In this document: piece by piece, positions 63,292 to 64,000 of the stretch | How the letters are laid out: the number at the start of each line of letters is the position of its first letter | Numbering within the stretch: position 1 is the first letter of the stretch | Assembly: GCA_046313635.1 (NCBI GenBank) | Contig: JBKBYA010000001.1 | Location: 128,001 to 192,000 of the forward strand | Direction of reading: 5' to 3' | Length of the DNA stretch: 64,000 nt | DNA from: Pyrinomonadaceae bacterium | Lineage (GTDB): Bacteria > Acidobacteriota > Blastocatellia > Pyrinomonadales > Pyrinomonadaceae | The notes under the pieces: model-generated | What the model saw: only the letters and a program-made list of their open reading frames with translations | What the model was told of the DNA's origin: nothing | The model's database searches: none | Translations under genes and position numbers: made by a program

Positions 63292-64000
63292 TCAGCTATG
63301 CGGCGCTCGGCTGTGCTCAAAGCGCTGCTCGAGCATCTGCCTGAGCGAGAGGCCGCGCGAGAGTATCAGGAGCAGCCCGACCGCGGTCCAAAAGAGTATC
63401 CGTCCCTTGCGAATGATCGCCAGCGAGACCCCTACACCGGCGCCGATCGCGAGCGTATCGGCGACGAATCTCGCCCCGGCCTCGTCCACGCCGACCAGAA
63501 AAGGCACGAGCTTAAAGACGATCGTGATCAGACGGCTGACAGACTCGAGCAGAAACGCCGAGACGAGCGTCGGCGCCGTTTCGAGCAGCCGGCCGAGAAT
63601 GAAGTAGACCTCGGCGACCCCGGCAAGGTGATACGCGGCCTCGAGCATGCAGATCGGCAAAAAGCGGCGCGGGTACTGCCGGTAAAACCCGTAGATGAAG
63701 TTCTCAAACAGCCTGACGTGCATCCGGCCGTGCTCGAGATGACGCGTGAGATAGCCCCGCTGGTAGATCTTTTCGCACAGCTCGCTTGCAAAGTGCCACT
63801 GCCGCACGATCATCACGACGATGAACGCCATCACAGCAAAGATCACGACGATCAGCGCGTCGATCGTGACGACCCAGCCCTCTTCGAGATCGAAGCTGCG
63901 GACAAAGGTATACGACCCGATGATCAAAAACAGACTCGTGACGATGCTGTAAAAGAGATTTTCGGTCGCGACCGACGAGAGGCCGACGACGAGCGGCAGC
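63292..64000 (-). CDS. Lysylphosphatidylglycerol-synthase-TM / flippase-like membrane protein (5' end outside window)
   Basis: Hydrophobic; VP..VGV.EAG...L.IG...GV.LAIIR..R..FW pattern. Confidence 0.7.
   Translation of the reverse strand, partial: LPLVVGLSSVATENLFYSIVTSLFLIIGSYTFVRSFDLEEGWVVTIDALIVVIFAVMAFIVVMIVRQWHFASELCEKIYQRGYLTRHLEHGRMHVRLFENFIYGFYRQYPRRFLPICMLEAAYHLAGVAEVYFILGRLLETAPTLVSAFLLESVSRLITIVFKLVPFLVGVDEAGARFVADTLAIGAGVGVSLAIIRKGRILFWTAVGLLLILSRGLSLRQMLEQRFEHSRAPHS

Noticed and set aside
1..64000. Frequent GCGATCGC (HIP1-like) octamer, roughly ten seen by eye
   Set aside because: Mostly in coding Ala-Ile-Ala contexts in a CG-rich genome; needs a codon-aware or Markov null model before any claim

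Overview
GC-rich bacterial chromosomal window. Gene content and repeat style suggest Acidobacteriota (Blastocatellia-like); this is an inference. About 65 CDSs can be supported. They include a divergent arsenic locus (arsR / arsM - Cys-rich small ORF - unknown membrane protein - acr3 - arsC, with a perfect 10-6-10 palindrome between arsM and arsR), wrbA, a PLP decarboxylase with two APC permeases, a DASS transporter, a PpiD/SurA-like chaperone, nadK, futalosine-pathway mqnA and mqnC, photolyase, two basic low-complexity proteins, clpA, thrB/thrC/thrA, msrB, recX, truB, and two toxin-antitoxin pairs whose toxins both look damaged. No rRNA, tRNA, CRISPR array or transposase was seen. The most unusual structure is a dense set of short hairpin elements: 7-nt-periodic arms, 9-nt-periodic arms, and a REP-like 29-bp-arm family. 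They occupy many gene junctions and also enter coding sequence. One sits in frame inside mqnA, a half copy is in thrA, one forms the signal peptide of a secreted enzyme within a 194-bp tandem duplication, one truncates alaS, and a perfect 36-bp palindrome abuts a four-helix-bundle gene. The best candidates for new biology are the two uncharacterised genes inside the ars operon, this repeat system, and a repeat-bracketed nucleotidyltransferase-like/EEP gene pair. All family assignments are by motif recognition only; no searches were run.
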